A DNA stretch of 64,000 nt from Clostridia bacterium (lineage in GTDB: Bacteria > Bacillota > Clostridia > RUG12999). Each line of letters starts with the position of its first letter. The stretch's first letter is position 1. Shown here piece after piece: positions 55,633 through 64,000 of the stretch. The translations under genes and the position numbers were made by a program. The stretch is taken from positions 139,940 to 203,939 of the forward strand of contig JAFQMF010000015.1 of the NCBI GenBank assembly GCA_017396395.1, in the 5' to 3' direction. The notes beneath the pieces were generated by a model. It was not told where the DNA came from, did not search any database, and saw only the letters and a list, made by a program, of their open reading frames with translations.

Positions 55633-56634
55633 ATGGAAGATACAAGAAGTGTAAGCGGAAGCTTTATAAATGAGGACAGCGAAATTGAATTTTCGCTTAG
55701 GCCAAAATACTTAACTGAATATATAGGACAAGTTAAAGCGAAGGAGCAAATGGAGATTTTCATACAGGCGGCAAAAAAACGTGGAGAATCTCTTGACCAT
55801 GTTCTTTTATACGGCCCTCCTGGACTTGGAAAAACGACCTTAGCAGGAATTATAGCAAACGAAATGGGAGTTAATATTAAAATTACCTCAGGTCCTGCTA
55901 TTGAAAAAGCAGGAGATTTGGCGGCAATTTTAACAAATCTTGCCCCTGGAGATGTGTTATTTATTGACGAAATTCATCGTCTTAGCAGAAGTGTGGAAGA
56001 GGTGCTTTACTCTGCTATGGAGGATTTTGCACTTGATATTATTATAGGCAAAGGTCCTGCAGCACGCTCCCTTAGAATTGATTTACAGCCCTTTACATTA
56101 ATAGGAGCAACCACAAGAGCTGGACTTTTATCACCTCCCCTTCGTGACAGGTTTGGGGTAATTGCAAGGCTGGAGCTTTATTCAAATGAAGAACTTGCCA
56201 CTATTGCAAAAAGGTCAGCGGGGATACTTGGTATAAATATTGACGAAAAAGGGGCAGTGGAAATTGCTTCCCGTTCAAGAGGAACTCCCAGAATTGCTAA
56301 CCGTCTTTTGAAAAGAGTAAGAGATTTTGCACAGGTAAAGGGAAGCGGTGAGATAACTGCTGATGTGGCAAATCAGGCACTTAGCATGTACGAAATTGAT
56401 AAACTTGGTCTTGATAATTTAGATAAACGAATGATACTTTCTATCATTGAGAATTTCAGCGGAGGTCCTGTGGGGCTTGATACCTTAGCTGCAACTATAG
56501 GTGAAGAGGCAAATACCATAGAAGATGTGTATGAGCCGTATCTTCTGCAGCTTGGGTTTATAAACAGAACTCCCAGAGGACGTATGGCAACAATTAAGGC
56601 TTATGAGCATTTTGGCATACCATTTAATAACTAA
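55633..56634 (+). CDS. ruvB: Holliday-junction ATP-dependent helicase RuvB
   Basis: AAA+ Walker [10 protein letters not shown], Walker B DEIHR, and a winged-helix C-terminus. Confidence 0.95.
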   Translation: MEDTRSVSGSFINEDSEIEFSLRPKYLTEYIGQVKAKEQMEIFIQAAKKRGESLDHVLLYGPPGLGKTTLAGIIANEMGVNIKITSGPAIEKAGDLAAILTNLAPGDVLFIDEIHRLSRSVEEVLYSAMEDFALDIIIGKGPAARSLRIDLQPFTLIGATTRAGLLSPPLRDRFGVIARLELYSNEELATIAKRSAGILGINIDEKGAVEIASRSRGTPRIANRLLKRVRDFAQVKGSGEITADVANQALSMYEIDKLGLDNLDKRMILSIIENFSGGPVGLDTLAATIGEEANTIEDVYEPYLLQLGFINRTPRGRMATIKAYEHFGIPFNN

Positions 56635-56657
56635 AAGCAGCAGAGAGGATGAAGCAT

Positions 56658-57857
56658 ATGAGGATTTTACATACCTCCGACTGGCATTTGGGTAAAAGCA
56701 TTGAAAACACTCCCAGAATTGAGGAGCAAACGGCTTTTTCCAAAGAACTGACAGAAATTGCGGTAAATGAAAAAGTTCAGCTTGTAGTGGTGGCAGGGGA
56801 TATTTTTGATACCTTTGTACCTCCCATATGGGCAGAAAAATTGTATTATGAAACACTTAAAAGCCTTACCGATAAAGGTATAGGTGTTATTGTCATATCC
56901 GGTAATCATGACAGCCCACAAAAGCTGTGCAGTGCTGAAAGTATTGCCAGAAAAAGCGGTATTGTTATGTGTGAATATCCTTATACTATTGTGCCAAAGG
57001 GTGAATATGGTCTTTTCACAGTCACAGACAGCGGGGAAGGCTGGTTTTCTCTTGCGCTCAGTAACGGAGAAAAAGCTGTATTTGCATCCCTTTCATATCC
57101 TTCTGAAAGCAGAATAGGAAAGGTTATAGAGTACAGCGAGGGAGAAGAAAATATTAAGGCTGATTATAACCTAAGACTTAAAAAGCTTATGGAAGATTTA
57201 GCATCTCATTTTAAAAGTGACAGTGCCAATATAATGGTATCTCATCTTTATATAAACGGCGGTGCAACAAGTGATTCCGAGCGTAATTTTCAGCTAGGCG
57301 GAGCATATGCGGTAAACAGTGATACTATCCCTGCTTCTTGCGATTATGTAGCGCTTGGACATCTTCATCGTCCTCAGCATATTAAAGAATGTCTTGCACC
57401 AACATTTTACAGCGGTTCGCCTATTGGCTACAGTTTTTCCGAAGCAGGATATGAAAAAACAGTAAATATTGTAGATATAAATGACCATAAGGCGGTTGTA
57501 AAGCCTGTTGGAATTAAAAGCGGAAAGAGCCTTGTCAGTATTCGTGTAAATGGTGCTGAGGAAGCGGTTAAATGGTGTCAGGAACATTCTCAGGATGAAA
57601 ATATATGGGTAGAAATGAAAATTGTTTCCTCAACTGCTATAACTTCAGAGCAAATTAAAATTATGCATTCTGCCTGTCCGGGAATTGTATCAATTCTTCC
57701 CCAGGTTACTGTTGAGGGTGAATTCTACAATAACACACAGGAAAGATTACATATACCTCTTGAGGAAAGTTTTGCTTTGTTTTATAAAAAGAAAATGGGA
57801 CAGGATATGCCTGAAAACATAAAAAAAGCATTTGCCGGATTGAGAGGTGAAAACTAA
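56658..57857 (+). CDS. sbcD: Exonuclease SbcD (Mre11-type phosphoesterase)
   Basis: MRILHTSDWHLG phosphoesterase motif I, then GDIFD, GNHD and GHLH motifs. GAGAGGA RBS before the ATG at 56658. Confidence 0.85.
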   Translation: MRILHTSDWHLGKSIENTPRIEEQTAFSKELTEIAVNEKVQLVVVAGDIFDTFVPPIWAEKLYYETLKSLTDKGIGVIVISGNHDSPQKLCSAESIARKSGIVMCEYPYTIVPKGEYGLFTVTDSGEGWFSLALSNGEKAVFASLSYPSESRIGKVIEYSEGEENIKADYNLRLKKLMEDLASHFKSDSANIMVSHLYINGGATSDSERNFQLGGAYAVNSDTIPASCDYVALGHLHRPQHIKECLAPTFYSGSPIGYSFSEAGYEKTVNIVDINDHKAVVKPVGIKSGKSLVSIRVNGAEEAVKWCQEHSQDENIWVEMKIVSSTAITSEQIKIMHSACPGIVSILPQVTVEGEFYNNTQERLHIPLEESFALFYKKKMGQDMPENIKKAFAGLRGEN

Positions 57858-60800
57858 TGAAACCGATTTATCTTGAAATTGAAGGGCTGCAAAGCTATAA
57901 GTCATTACAGAAAATTGATTTTCAGACTCTGACAAAGAGTGGTCTTTTTGGTATTTTCGGTAATACGGGAAGCGGTAAATCTACTATACTTGATGCTATC
58001 ACTCTTGCACTTTACGGGAAGGTTAACCGTGCATCACGGGGAACACAGGGTATAATGAATAATGAGTGTGACACTATGAGGGTTTTATTTGTGTTTTCTC
58101 TTATGCAAAAGGGAGTGCGTAATACATATAAAATTGAGAGAGTGTATGGCAGAAAAACTGAAAATACATATGAGAGTAAAATATCCAGAATGTTTCTTTG
58201 CAAAAAGGAGGGTGACCTGCCTATTGCGGAAAAAATTACTGATATTGAAACCGCAGTAAAGGAACTTATTGGTCTTGAATATGAAGATTTTACAAGAGCA
58301 GTTGTACTTCCCCAAAATAAGTTTCAGGAATTTTTAACTATGGAAAAGGCTAAAAAGCTTAGTATGCTTGAGAGGCTTTTTGCTTTGGAGGAATATGGTG
58401 AGAGGCTTAATGAAAGTGTAAAGGTTAAGCTTTATGAGCTGGAAAAAGAGTATGAGGGAGTAAAAGGAAAGCTTTCGGCTTATGAAAATTCCGATGATGA
58501 TGCTCTTAAATCAGCTGAAGAAAAGGTTGCTGCTTTAGAAGAAAAAAGAGAGATAGAACTTAAAAAATTTAAAACGGTGGAAGAGGAATATTTAAAAGTC
58601 AAGGATTTATATGAAACCTCTGCCAATATATTAAAACTGGAAAATGAGCTTGCAACAGCAAATTCCGAAAAGGATTATTACGACAGAATAAGAGAAAAGT
58701 TAAGTTTAAGTGCAAAAGCTAAAGAGGTTGAGCCTTTATGGAATGAATATAAGGCAGAAGCCTTGAAAATTAAGGAAAGAGAAAAGAAGCTGGAGGCACT
58801 TAGAGTTGAAAAAGAAAATACTGAAAGTAAATTAGAAAAAAGCGAAAACAGATGTAAAATTGCAGACCAGAATGCAAGTGTTGATTTGCCAAAATTATAC
58901 GACAGAAAGTCCCGCCTTGAGCAAAGCACTGATTTGCAGGACAGAAACGACAGTCTTATTAAATCTATTGAGGAAAACACACAAAAAGCTGAAGCCCTGA
59001 AGGCTGAAATGTTATCTACTGCAGGGGAAAAGAATGGAAATCAGATACGCAGAAATGAAATAAATGAGAAAATAAATGCCCATGATGCATTTTCCAGAGA
59101 AAACAGGCCCAAGCTTGAAAAAAGGCGTGTGCTTATGGAAGCAAGAAAATTGGAATCTGAGCTTAACTCTGCTAAGGAAATTGCTGAAAATGCCAAGAAA
59201 AATTATGAAAGCTTGCAGGAAGAAAAAGAAAAGCTGGAAAAGGATTATGAGGATACCCGCGTTTTAAAAAGCGAGCTTGAGGAAAAAAGAGAGAAAAGAA
59301 AAGCTTCTGTAGAAAGTACAATTAAACAATATAAATCCTTTAAAGCGGATTATATTGCAGAAAAAGAAAAGTTGGAAAAAGAGGTTGAGGAGTTATACCT
59401 TGACCAATCCTCATACAACCTTTCTCTTACTTTGAAAGATGCTGTTCCTTGTCCTGTTTGCGGAAGTATGCATCATCCTTCGCCTGCTAAGCTTAACCAG
59501 GAAAGCAGTGCAAGAATGCAGGAATGTAAAGAAGAAATTCAGCGTTTTAATAAGGAAATTGAGGATGCTGATAAAATCATATTAGGCTTTACAAACGGAT
59601 ATAACAATGAGAAAAAGGCAGAAGTTTTAGTGGAAATTGAAAATTTAACCCACGATATTGCAGCCGCATCCACAAAGCTGGAACTTATTACAGAACGCCT
59701 TTCTCAAATATCCGCTAAGGTTTCTGGAGCAAAAAATAATGCTGAGGAAACACTTAAAATATACCATGAGAAAAACAATGAATATACAAGGTTTATTTCT
59801 CTAAACGGAATAGCTGATATTGGAAAAACACTTGCAGAGCTTGATGAAATTGAAAAGAATATTTCGGGTATAGACGAAGAAATTTATGCCCTCAGAAAAG
59901 AAAACGAAAAGCTTACGCAGGAATTTAATGTTATATGCGAAAAACAGAGTAAGCTGGACGCTCAGCTTTCTGCAGCAGACGCTACAATAAGAGAACAGAC
60001 AGTAAGTCTTGGTCAGGTAAAAACACAGCTTTTTGCACTTTCCCTTCAGGGCAGTGTTTATGAAGAAATTATCATAACAGAAGGGGAAATTTCTTCTTTG
60101 GTAACTGAGCAGGAGGAGAGTAAAAAAGAAAGAGATGCACTAAAAAATGCTCTTGAAAATGTTGCCGTGCAAAGCAAGGAGATTGTTTTGGAAAATGCAA
60201 AAGGTAAAGAAAGACTGGATGCAGGAGAAAAACAGATATTGGCAATTTTAAAGGATACTGAAATCAAATCTCCTGATGTGATTTTGCAGGCAAAATTAAG
60301 TGACGATATGGAAAAGAATTATCATATTGAAGTAAATAGTTATGATGAAAACTTGCGTCGTCTTTGTACTTCTATTGCAATTTCAAAAGAAAAAGTTGCT
60401 AACAGAAAAGTTACCTCTACTGAGTACGATGTAGTGTCTAAAAAGTATGAAAAAGCAGCTTTGTTAAGAGATGAAATAATCAGCGGAACAGAAGTTGCAA
60501 GAAACGAGTATGAAAAGCTTAAAGAAAACAACAGACAGTGGAAAATTGTAAGTGAAAACCACAAGGAGCTAAGCGAAAATATTGAAAGCTATAATTTAAT
60601 CAAAAAGCTTATATCAGGCAATAAATTTGTGGAATATGTTGCAGAGGAAAGTCTTAGATATGTACTTTTGGAGGCATCTGAAATATTAAGCAGTCTTACC
60701 TGTGGCAGATATAGAATTGAACTTGGAACAGACAGCAATTTTGTAATTCGAGATTATTTGTCAGGGGGAAGTTATCGTGATGTAAGCACTCTTTCAGGTG

Positions 60801-61084
60801 GAGAAACCTTCCTTACTTCCTTATCTCTTGCAATAGCACTGTCTAAGCAAATTCAGTTAAAAGGTCAAAGTCCACTTGAATTCTTCTTTCTGGATGAAGG
60901 ATTTGGCTCACTTGACGGACAGCTTCTTGATACTGTTATGGACGCACTTGAAACACTAGCAAGCAGTGAGAGAATAATTGGTGTTGTAAGCCATCTTAAG
61001 GAAATGCAGGAAAGAATATCATCAAAACTTTGTATTACTAAGGATACTTACAATTCAAGCAGTGTAAAAACAGAAATATTATAA
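57857..61084 (+). CDS. sbcC: Exonuclease SbcC (Rad50-type SMC ATPase)
   Basis: Walker A GNTGSGKST, ~800 aa of coiled coil with a central CPVCG zinc hook, C-terminal signature LSGGE and Walker B FFLDEGFGSLD. Its start overlaps the sbcD stop. Confidence 0.85.
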   Translation: MKPIYLEIEGLQSYKSLQKIDFQTLTKSGLFGIFGNTGSGKSTILDAITLALYGKVNRASRGTQGIMNNECDTMRVLFVFSLMQKGVRNTYKIERVYGRKTENTYESKISRMFLCKKEGDLPIAEKITDIETAVKELIGLEYEDFTRAVVLPQNKFQEFLTMEKAKKLSMLERLFALEEYGERLNESVKVKLYELEKEYEGVKGKLSAYENSDDDALKSAEEKVAALEEKREIELKKFKTVEEEYLKVKDLYETSANILKLENELATANSEKDYYDRIREKLSLSAKAKEVEPLWNEYKAEALKIKEREKKLEALRVEKENTESKLEKSENRCKIADQNASVDLPKLYDRKSRLEQSTDLQDRNDSLIKSIEENTQKAEALKAEMLSTAGEKNGNQIRRNEINEKINAHDAFSRENRPKLEKRRVLMEARKLESELNSAKEIAENAKKNYESLQEEKEKLEKDYEDTRVLKSELEEKREKRKASVESTIKQYKSFKADYIAEKEKLEKEVEELYLDQSSYNLSLTLKDAVPCPVCGSMHHPSPAKLNQESSARMQECKEEIQRFNKEIEDADKIILGFTNGYNNEKKAEVLVEIENLTHDIAAASTKLELITERLSQISAKVSGAKNNAEETLKIYHEKNNEYTRFISLNGIADIGKTLAELDEIEKNISGIDEEIYALRKENEKLTQEFNVICEKQSKLDAQLSAADATIREQTVSLGQVKTQLFALSLQGSVYEEIIITEGEISSLVTEQEESKKERDALKNALENVAVQSKEIVLENAKGKERLDAGEKQILAILKDTEIKSPDVILQAKLSDDMEKNYHIEVNSYDENLRRLCTSIAISKEKVANRKVTSTEYDVVSKKYEKAALLRDEIISGTEVARNEYEKLKENNRQWKIVSENHKELSENIESYNLIKKLISGNKFVEYVAEESLRYVLLEASEILSSLTCGRYRIELGTDSNFVIRDYLSGGSYRDVSTLSGGETFLTSLSLAIALSKQIQLKGQSPLEFFFLDEGFGSLDGQLLDTVMDALETLASSERIIGVVSHLKEMQERISSKLCITKDTYNSSSVKTEIL

Positions 61085-61096
61085 AAAATATTTTGT

Positions 61097-61130
61097 AAAA
61101 AAGAGTCAAAAAATTTTTTGACTCTTTTTC
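61097..61130. terminator. Terminator after sbcC
   Basis: aaaaagagtcaaaaaa-t-ttttttgactcttttt perfect hairpin. Confidence 0.65.
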
Positions 61131-61171
61131 GTATATACAGGAATAAACTCGCATAAATTTCATAAAATACC

Positions 61172-61200
61172 TTGATTTTTAAGCGGAAAAATGATATAAT
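61172..61200 (+). promoter_or_regulatory. Sigma-A promoter of lemA
   Basis: TTGATT, 17-nt spacer, TGaTATAAT. Confidence 0.5.
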
Positions 61201-61294
61201 AGAATATAGGTATATATTAAAATTTCAAACGAATTATTTTTCTTTTAAGGAAGAGTAATTTTGCCTTGTTTTAAAAGGCAGAAAGGATGTAATT

Positions 61295-61852
61295 ATGACT
61301 TGGATAGTAATTGGTATTATTGTTGTTATAGCACTTCTTTTTATAGGAAATTACAACAGTTTAATACGCAAAAAAATGAACGTATCTGAAAGCTGGTCAG
61401 GAATTGACGTTCAGCTTAAAAGAAAAGCAAATGTAATTCCAAATCTTATTGATGTTATAAAAATGCAGACAGACTATGAAGGAGACCTTTTAGAAAAGCT
61501 TACAAAAGCAAGAACAGGCGTTATGGAAGGCTCTAATAATGAAAGAGTAAAAAGCAACGAAGAAATGAACATGCTTATGAAAAATGTTTATGCGGTTGCA
61601 GAAAACTATCCTCAGCTTGGAGCAAATGATTCTTTCCGTAAAATAATGGAACAGGTAAGCGATTGTGAAGATAAAATTACCTACGCAAGAAACAGATATA
61701 ATATTTCAGTTACAGATTACAATACTGCAATTAAAGTATTTCCAGGTATGATTTTTGCAGGCTTATTTGGTTTTAAGGAAGAGGAATTCTTTGAAATAGA
61801 CAGTCAGCTTCGCGTAGATACAGATAATTTAAGAATTAAGGATATAAAGTAA
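61295..61852 (+). CDS. lemA: LemA-family membrane protein
   Basis: N-terminal TM helix and a full-length LemA domain (NYNSLI..., YPQLGAND...). Confidence 0.85.
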   Translation: MTWIVIGIIVVIALLFIGNYNSLIRKKMNVSESWSGIDVQLKRKANVIPNLIDVIKMQTDYEGDLLEKLTKARTGVMEGSNNERVKSNEEMNMLMKNVYAVAENYPQLGANDSFRKIMEQVSDCEDKITYARNRYNISVTDYNTAIKVFPGMIFAGLFGFKEEEFFEIDSQLRVDTDNLRIKDIK

Positions 61853-62796
61853 TGAATACTCCATCAAAACCATATTTTTCCGTTGAGGAAGTAAGAAAAA
61901 ATAAAATTAAAACAGGAATTTTAATTCTTATAATGGCTTTAATAATTTTAATCCTTTCAATTGGTATTGGCTATATGGCAGAGGATGTATATTACGGACT
62001 TACAATAGGAGTGATTATTACTGTTATTGTTATTCCTATACAGATGCTCACTGCCAAAAGTGCAATACTTTCTATGAGCAGAGGGAAAAAGCTTGATATG
62101 GCAAATGACCGTCACAGAAAGCTTCAAAGTATTGTGGAGGGCCTTGCTGTTTCTGCAGGTATGAGAAGAACACCTGATATTTATATTGTTCCATCAAATG
62201 TTCCTAATGCTTTTGCTTCGGGTATGAGCGAAAAGGATGCTTTTGTATGTGTTACACAGGGGCTTATGGATATGCTGGATGATACAGAAATTACAGGCGT
62301 TATAGGACACGAAATATCTCATATTATACACAGGGATATAATGGTATCCCAGCTTGCTGTTTCACTTGTGAGTATAATAATTATGCTTTCATCAGTGCTT
62401 TACAGAATGGCTTTTTGGGGCAGAGGAAACAGAAACTCTGACAGAGATAACAACAGTAACGCAGGAGCAATTATTGCAATTATTGCTATTGCAGCGGTAT
62501 TGCTTCAGCCTTTTGCAAGAATTATCGGAAGTCTTATTGAGCTTTCTATATCAAGAAAAAGAGAATATGCGGCAGATGCTTACGCAGTAAGACTTTGCGG
62601 ATATAACGAAGGACTTGCCAGTGCACTTGAGAAAATCGGGGGCGTAGGACCTTACTCAAAAGAGCAGGTTGAATCTTTAGGGGGAAGTCAGCTTAAATGT
62701 ATGTATATTAATTTTCCAATAAAAAATGCTGCCAGTCTTTTTTCAACACATCCTCCTATTGAAGAGCGTATCAACAGAATAAGAAACATGTACTAA
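61852..62796 (+). CDS. M48-family zinc metalloprotease (HtpX-like)
   Basis: TM helices plus HEISH zinc site (GHEISHIIH) and a downstream Glu. Overlaps the lemA stop (the common LemA-M48 pair). Confidence 0.8.
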   Translation: MNTPSKPYFSVEEVRKNKIKTGILILIMALIILILSIGIGYMAEDVYYGLTIGVIITVIVIPIQMLTAKSAILSMSRGKKLDMANDRHRKLQSIVEGLAVSAGMRRTPDIYIVPSNVPNAFASGMSEKDAFVCVTQGLMDMLDDTEITGVIGHEISHIIHRDIMVSQLAVSLVSIIIMLSSVLYRMAFWGRGNRNSDRDNNSNAGAIIAIIAIAAVLLQPFARIIGSLIELSISRKREYAADAYAVRLCGYNEGLASALEKIGGVGPYSKEQVESLGGSQLKCMYINFPIKNAASLFSTHPPIEERINRIRNMY

Positions 62797-62819
62797 TTTT
62801 TATGAAAGGAAATCATATT

Positions 62820-64000
62820 ATGACTTACACCAATCAGAAAAATTTGTGGCTACAAAGCCAGAACGTGGATGAAAACACAAAAAAAGAAATTCTTGATATG
62901 GACGAAAAAACACTTGAAGAAAGTTTTTACAGATACCTTGAGTTTGGCACTGCCGGGCTTAGAGGAATACTGGGTGCCGGAACTAACAGAATGAACATTT
63001 ATACTGTTCGTCACGCATCTCAGGGCTTAGCAGGATTTATAAAATCCAAAGGTCAGGAATATATGGACAGAGGAGTTGCAATTTCTTATGATTCAAGACA
63101 TTGTTCCAGACTGTTTGCAGAAGAAACTGCCAAAGTACTTGGCGGTAACGGAATAAAGGTATATTTATCAGACAGTTTAAGACCTGTTCCGCAGCTTTCC
63201 TTTGCAGTAAAGCATATTAAAACTGCAGCTGGTGTAATGATAACTGCAAGCCATAACCCTGCAAAATATAACGGATACAAGGTGTATGGTGAGGACGGAG
63301 GGCAGATGCCTCCTGAAAATGCAGGTATAGTACTTGATTTTATAAATAAAACAGACATTTTCAATGATGTAAAATATGAAGATTTACAGACTCTTATGGA
63401 TAAAGGTATAGTGGAAGAGTTTGGCGGAGAATTTGATAAGATATATATTGAAAATGTATTAAAACAGCAGATAAATCCTGGAGTTGTGGAAAAGTCTCAA
63501 AACTTTAAGGTTGTATATACTCCTCTTCACGGCTCAGGAAATGTTCCTGTAAGAATGGTGCTTGATGCTATCGGAGTGAAAAATATAAGCCTTGTGGAAA
63601 GTCAAATTACTCCTGACGGAGATTTTCCCACAGTAAAATCTCCCAATCCTGAAAATCAAGAAGCACTTTCTCTTGCTATAGAGCTTGCAAAAAAAGAGGG
63701 AGCAGACTTTGTATTTGGTACTGACCCCGACTGTGACCGAGTTGGTATTGCAGTTAAGGATGAAAAGGGAGAATTTATTACCCTTACAGGAAATATGGTA
63801 GGAGCACTTCTTGCTGATTATATTATTTCTTGTAAGAAAGAAAGAGGAGAGCTACCTTCTAACGGTATAATTGTTAAAACAATTGTTACAACATATATGG
63901 TGGATAAAATCTGTAAGGAAAACGGAATTGCAGTAGAAAATGTACTTACAGGCTTTAAATATATAGGCGAGAAGATGAATAGCTATAAAGATACAGGAAG
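62820..64000 (+). CDS. pgcA: Phosphoglucomutase (alpha-PGM, PgcA-type), 3'-truncated at the window end
   Basis: ATG at 62820 after an AAAGGAAA RBS. The frame stays open to the window end (no stop, so absent from the ORF track). TASHNPAKYNGYKVY phosphoserine motif and strong colinearity with B. subtilis PgcA. Confidence 0.85.
   Translation, partial: MTYTNQKNLWLQSQNVDENTKKEILDMDEKTLEESFYRYLEFGTAGLRGILGAGTNRMNIYTVRHASQGLAGFIKSKGQEYMDRGVAISYDSRHCSRLFAEETAKVLGGNGIKVYLSDSLRPVPQLSFAVKHIKTAAGVMITASHNPAKYNGYKVYGEDGGQMPPENAGIVLDFINKTDIFNDVKYEDLQTLMDKGIVEEFGGEFDKIYIENVLKQQINPGVVEKSQNFKVVYTPLHGSGNVPVRMVLDAIGVKNISLVESQITPDGDFPTVKSPNPENQEALSLAIELAKKEGADFVFGTDPDCDRVGIAVKDEKGEFITLTGNMVGALLADYIISCKKERGELPSNGIIVKTIVTTYMVDKICKENGIAVENVLTGFKYIGEKMNSYKDTG

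Noticed and set aside
63086-63364. 92-aa minus-strand ORF near the window end
   Set aside because: It is antisense to the well-supported pgcA reading frame. pgcA itself is missing from the ORF track only because it has no stop inside the window.

Overview
This 64 kb window reads as core chromosome from a low-GC, spore-forming, anaerobic Firmicute of the Clostridia type. I found about 63 protein-coding genes and no rRNA or tRNA genes, no CRISPR array, and no transposase or phage genes. Nearly every gene end is marked by a clear Rho-independent hairpin, and several sigma-A-like promoters are recognisable.

Recognisable housekeeping blocks:
- ispD, ispF and proS downstream of a CarD/CdnL-like regulator; greA and lysS.
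- The rpsF-ssb-rpsR operon, and an orphan sigG.
- NAD salvage: pnuC, and a small unknown gene translationally coupled to pncB.
- A PucR-like regulator followed by ftsE, ftsX and a coiled-coil M23 peptidase.
- The large pyruvate:ferredoxin oxidoreductase gene.
- A glycolytic operon pgk-tpiA-gpmI-eno with no gapA or cggR.
- hom-queA-tgt-xpt on one strand.
- An ApgM-family phosphoglycerate-mutase paralog divergent from hom, then nth.
- nfnAB, plsY, argH, the ruvC-ruvA-ruvB-sbcD-sbcC run, lemA with an M48 protease, and the 5' part of pgcA.

Less ordinary parts:
1. A complete SOS module. lexA sits next to a divergent LysM membrane protein of the YneA type (SOS cell-division inhibitor). Four Cheo/LexA boxes lie between them, one inside the spacer of a perfect -35/-10 promoter.
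2. An envelope-modification cluster: an SLH-domain protein, then an operon of DHHW protein, MBOAT O-acyltransferase, DHHW protein and an MntP-like protein. The first DHHW protein carries copper-amine-oxidase N-terminal-like cell-wall modules, also found on a nearby secreted GH26-like hydrolase. I read this as a candidate O-acetylation system for a secondary cell-wall polymer or peptidoglycan.
3. An AT-rich two-gene islet (orphan Sfp-type 4'-phosphopantetheinyl transferase plus a patatin-like phospholipase) directly upstream of the glycolytic operon.
4. The hom-adjacent ApgM paralog, a candidate non-orthologous homoserine kinase.

All coordinates and starts were read by eye from the sequence and the supplied ORF track. 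The track extends many ORFs to upstream TTG/GTG/ATG codons; where a start is refined below, it is to an ATG with a plausible ribosome-binding site.
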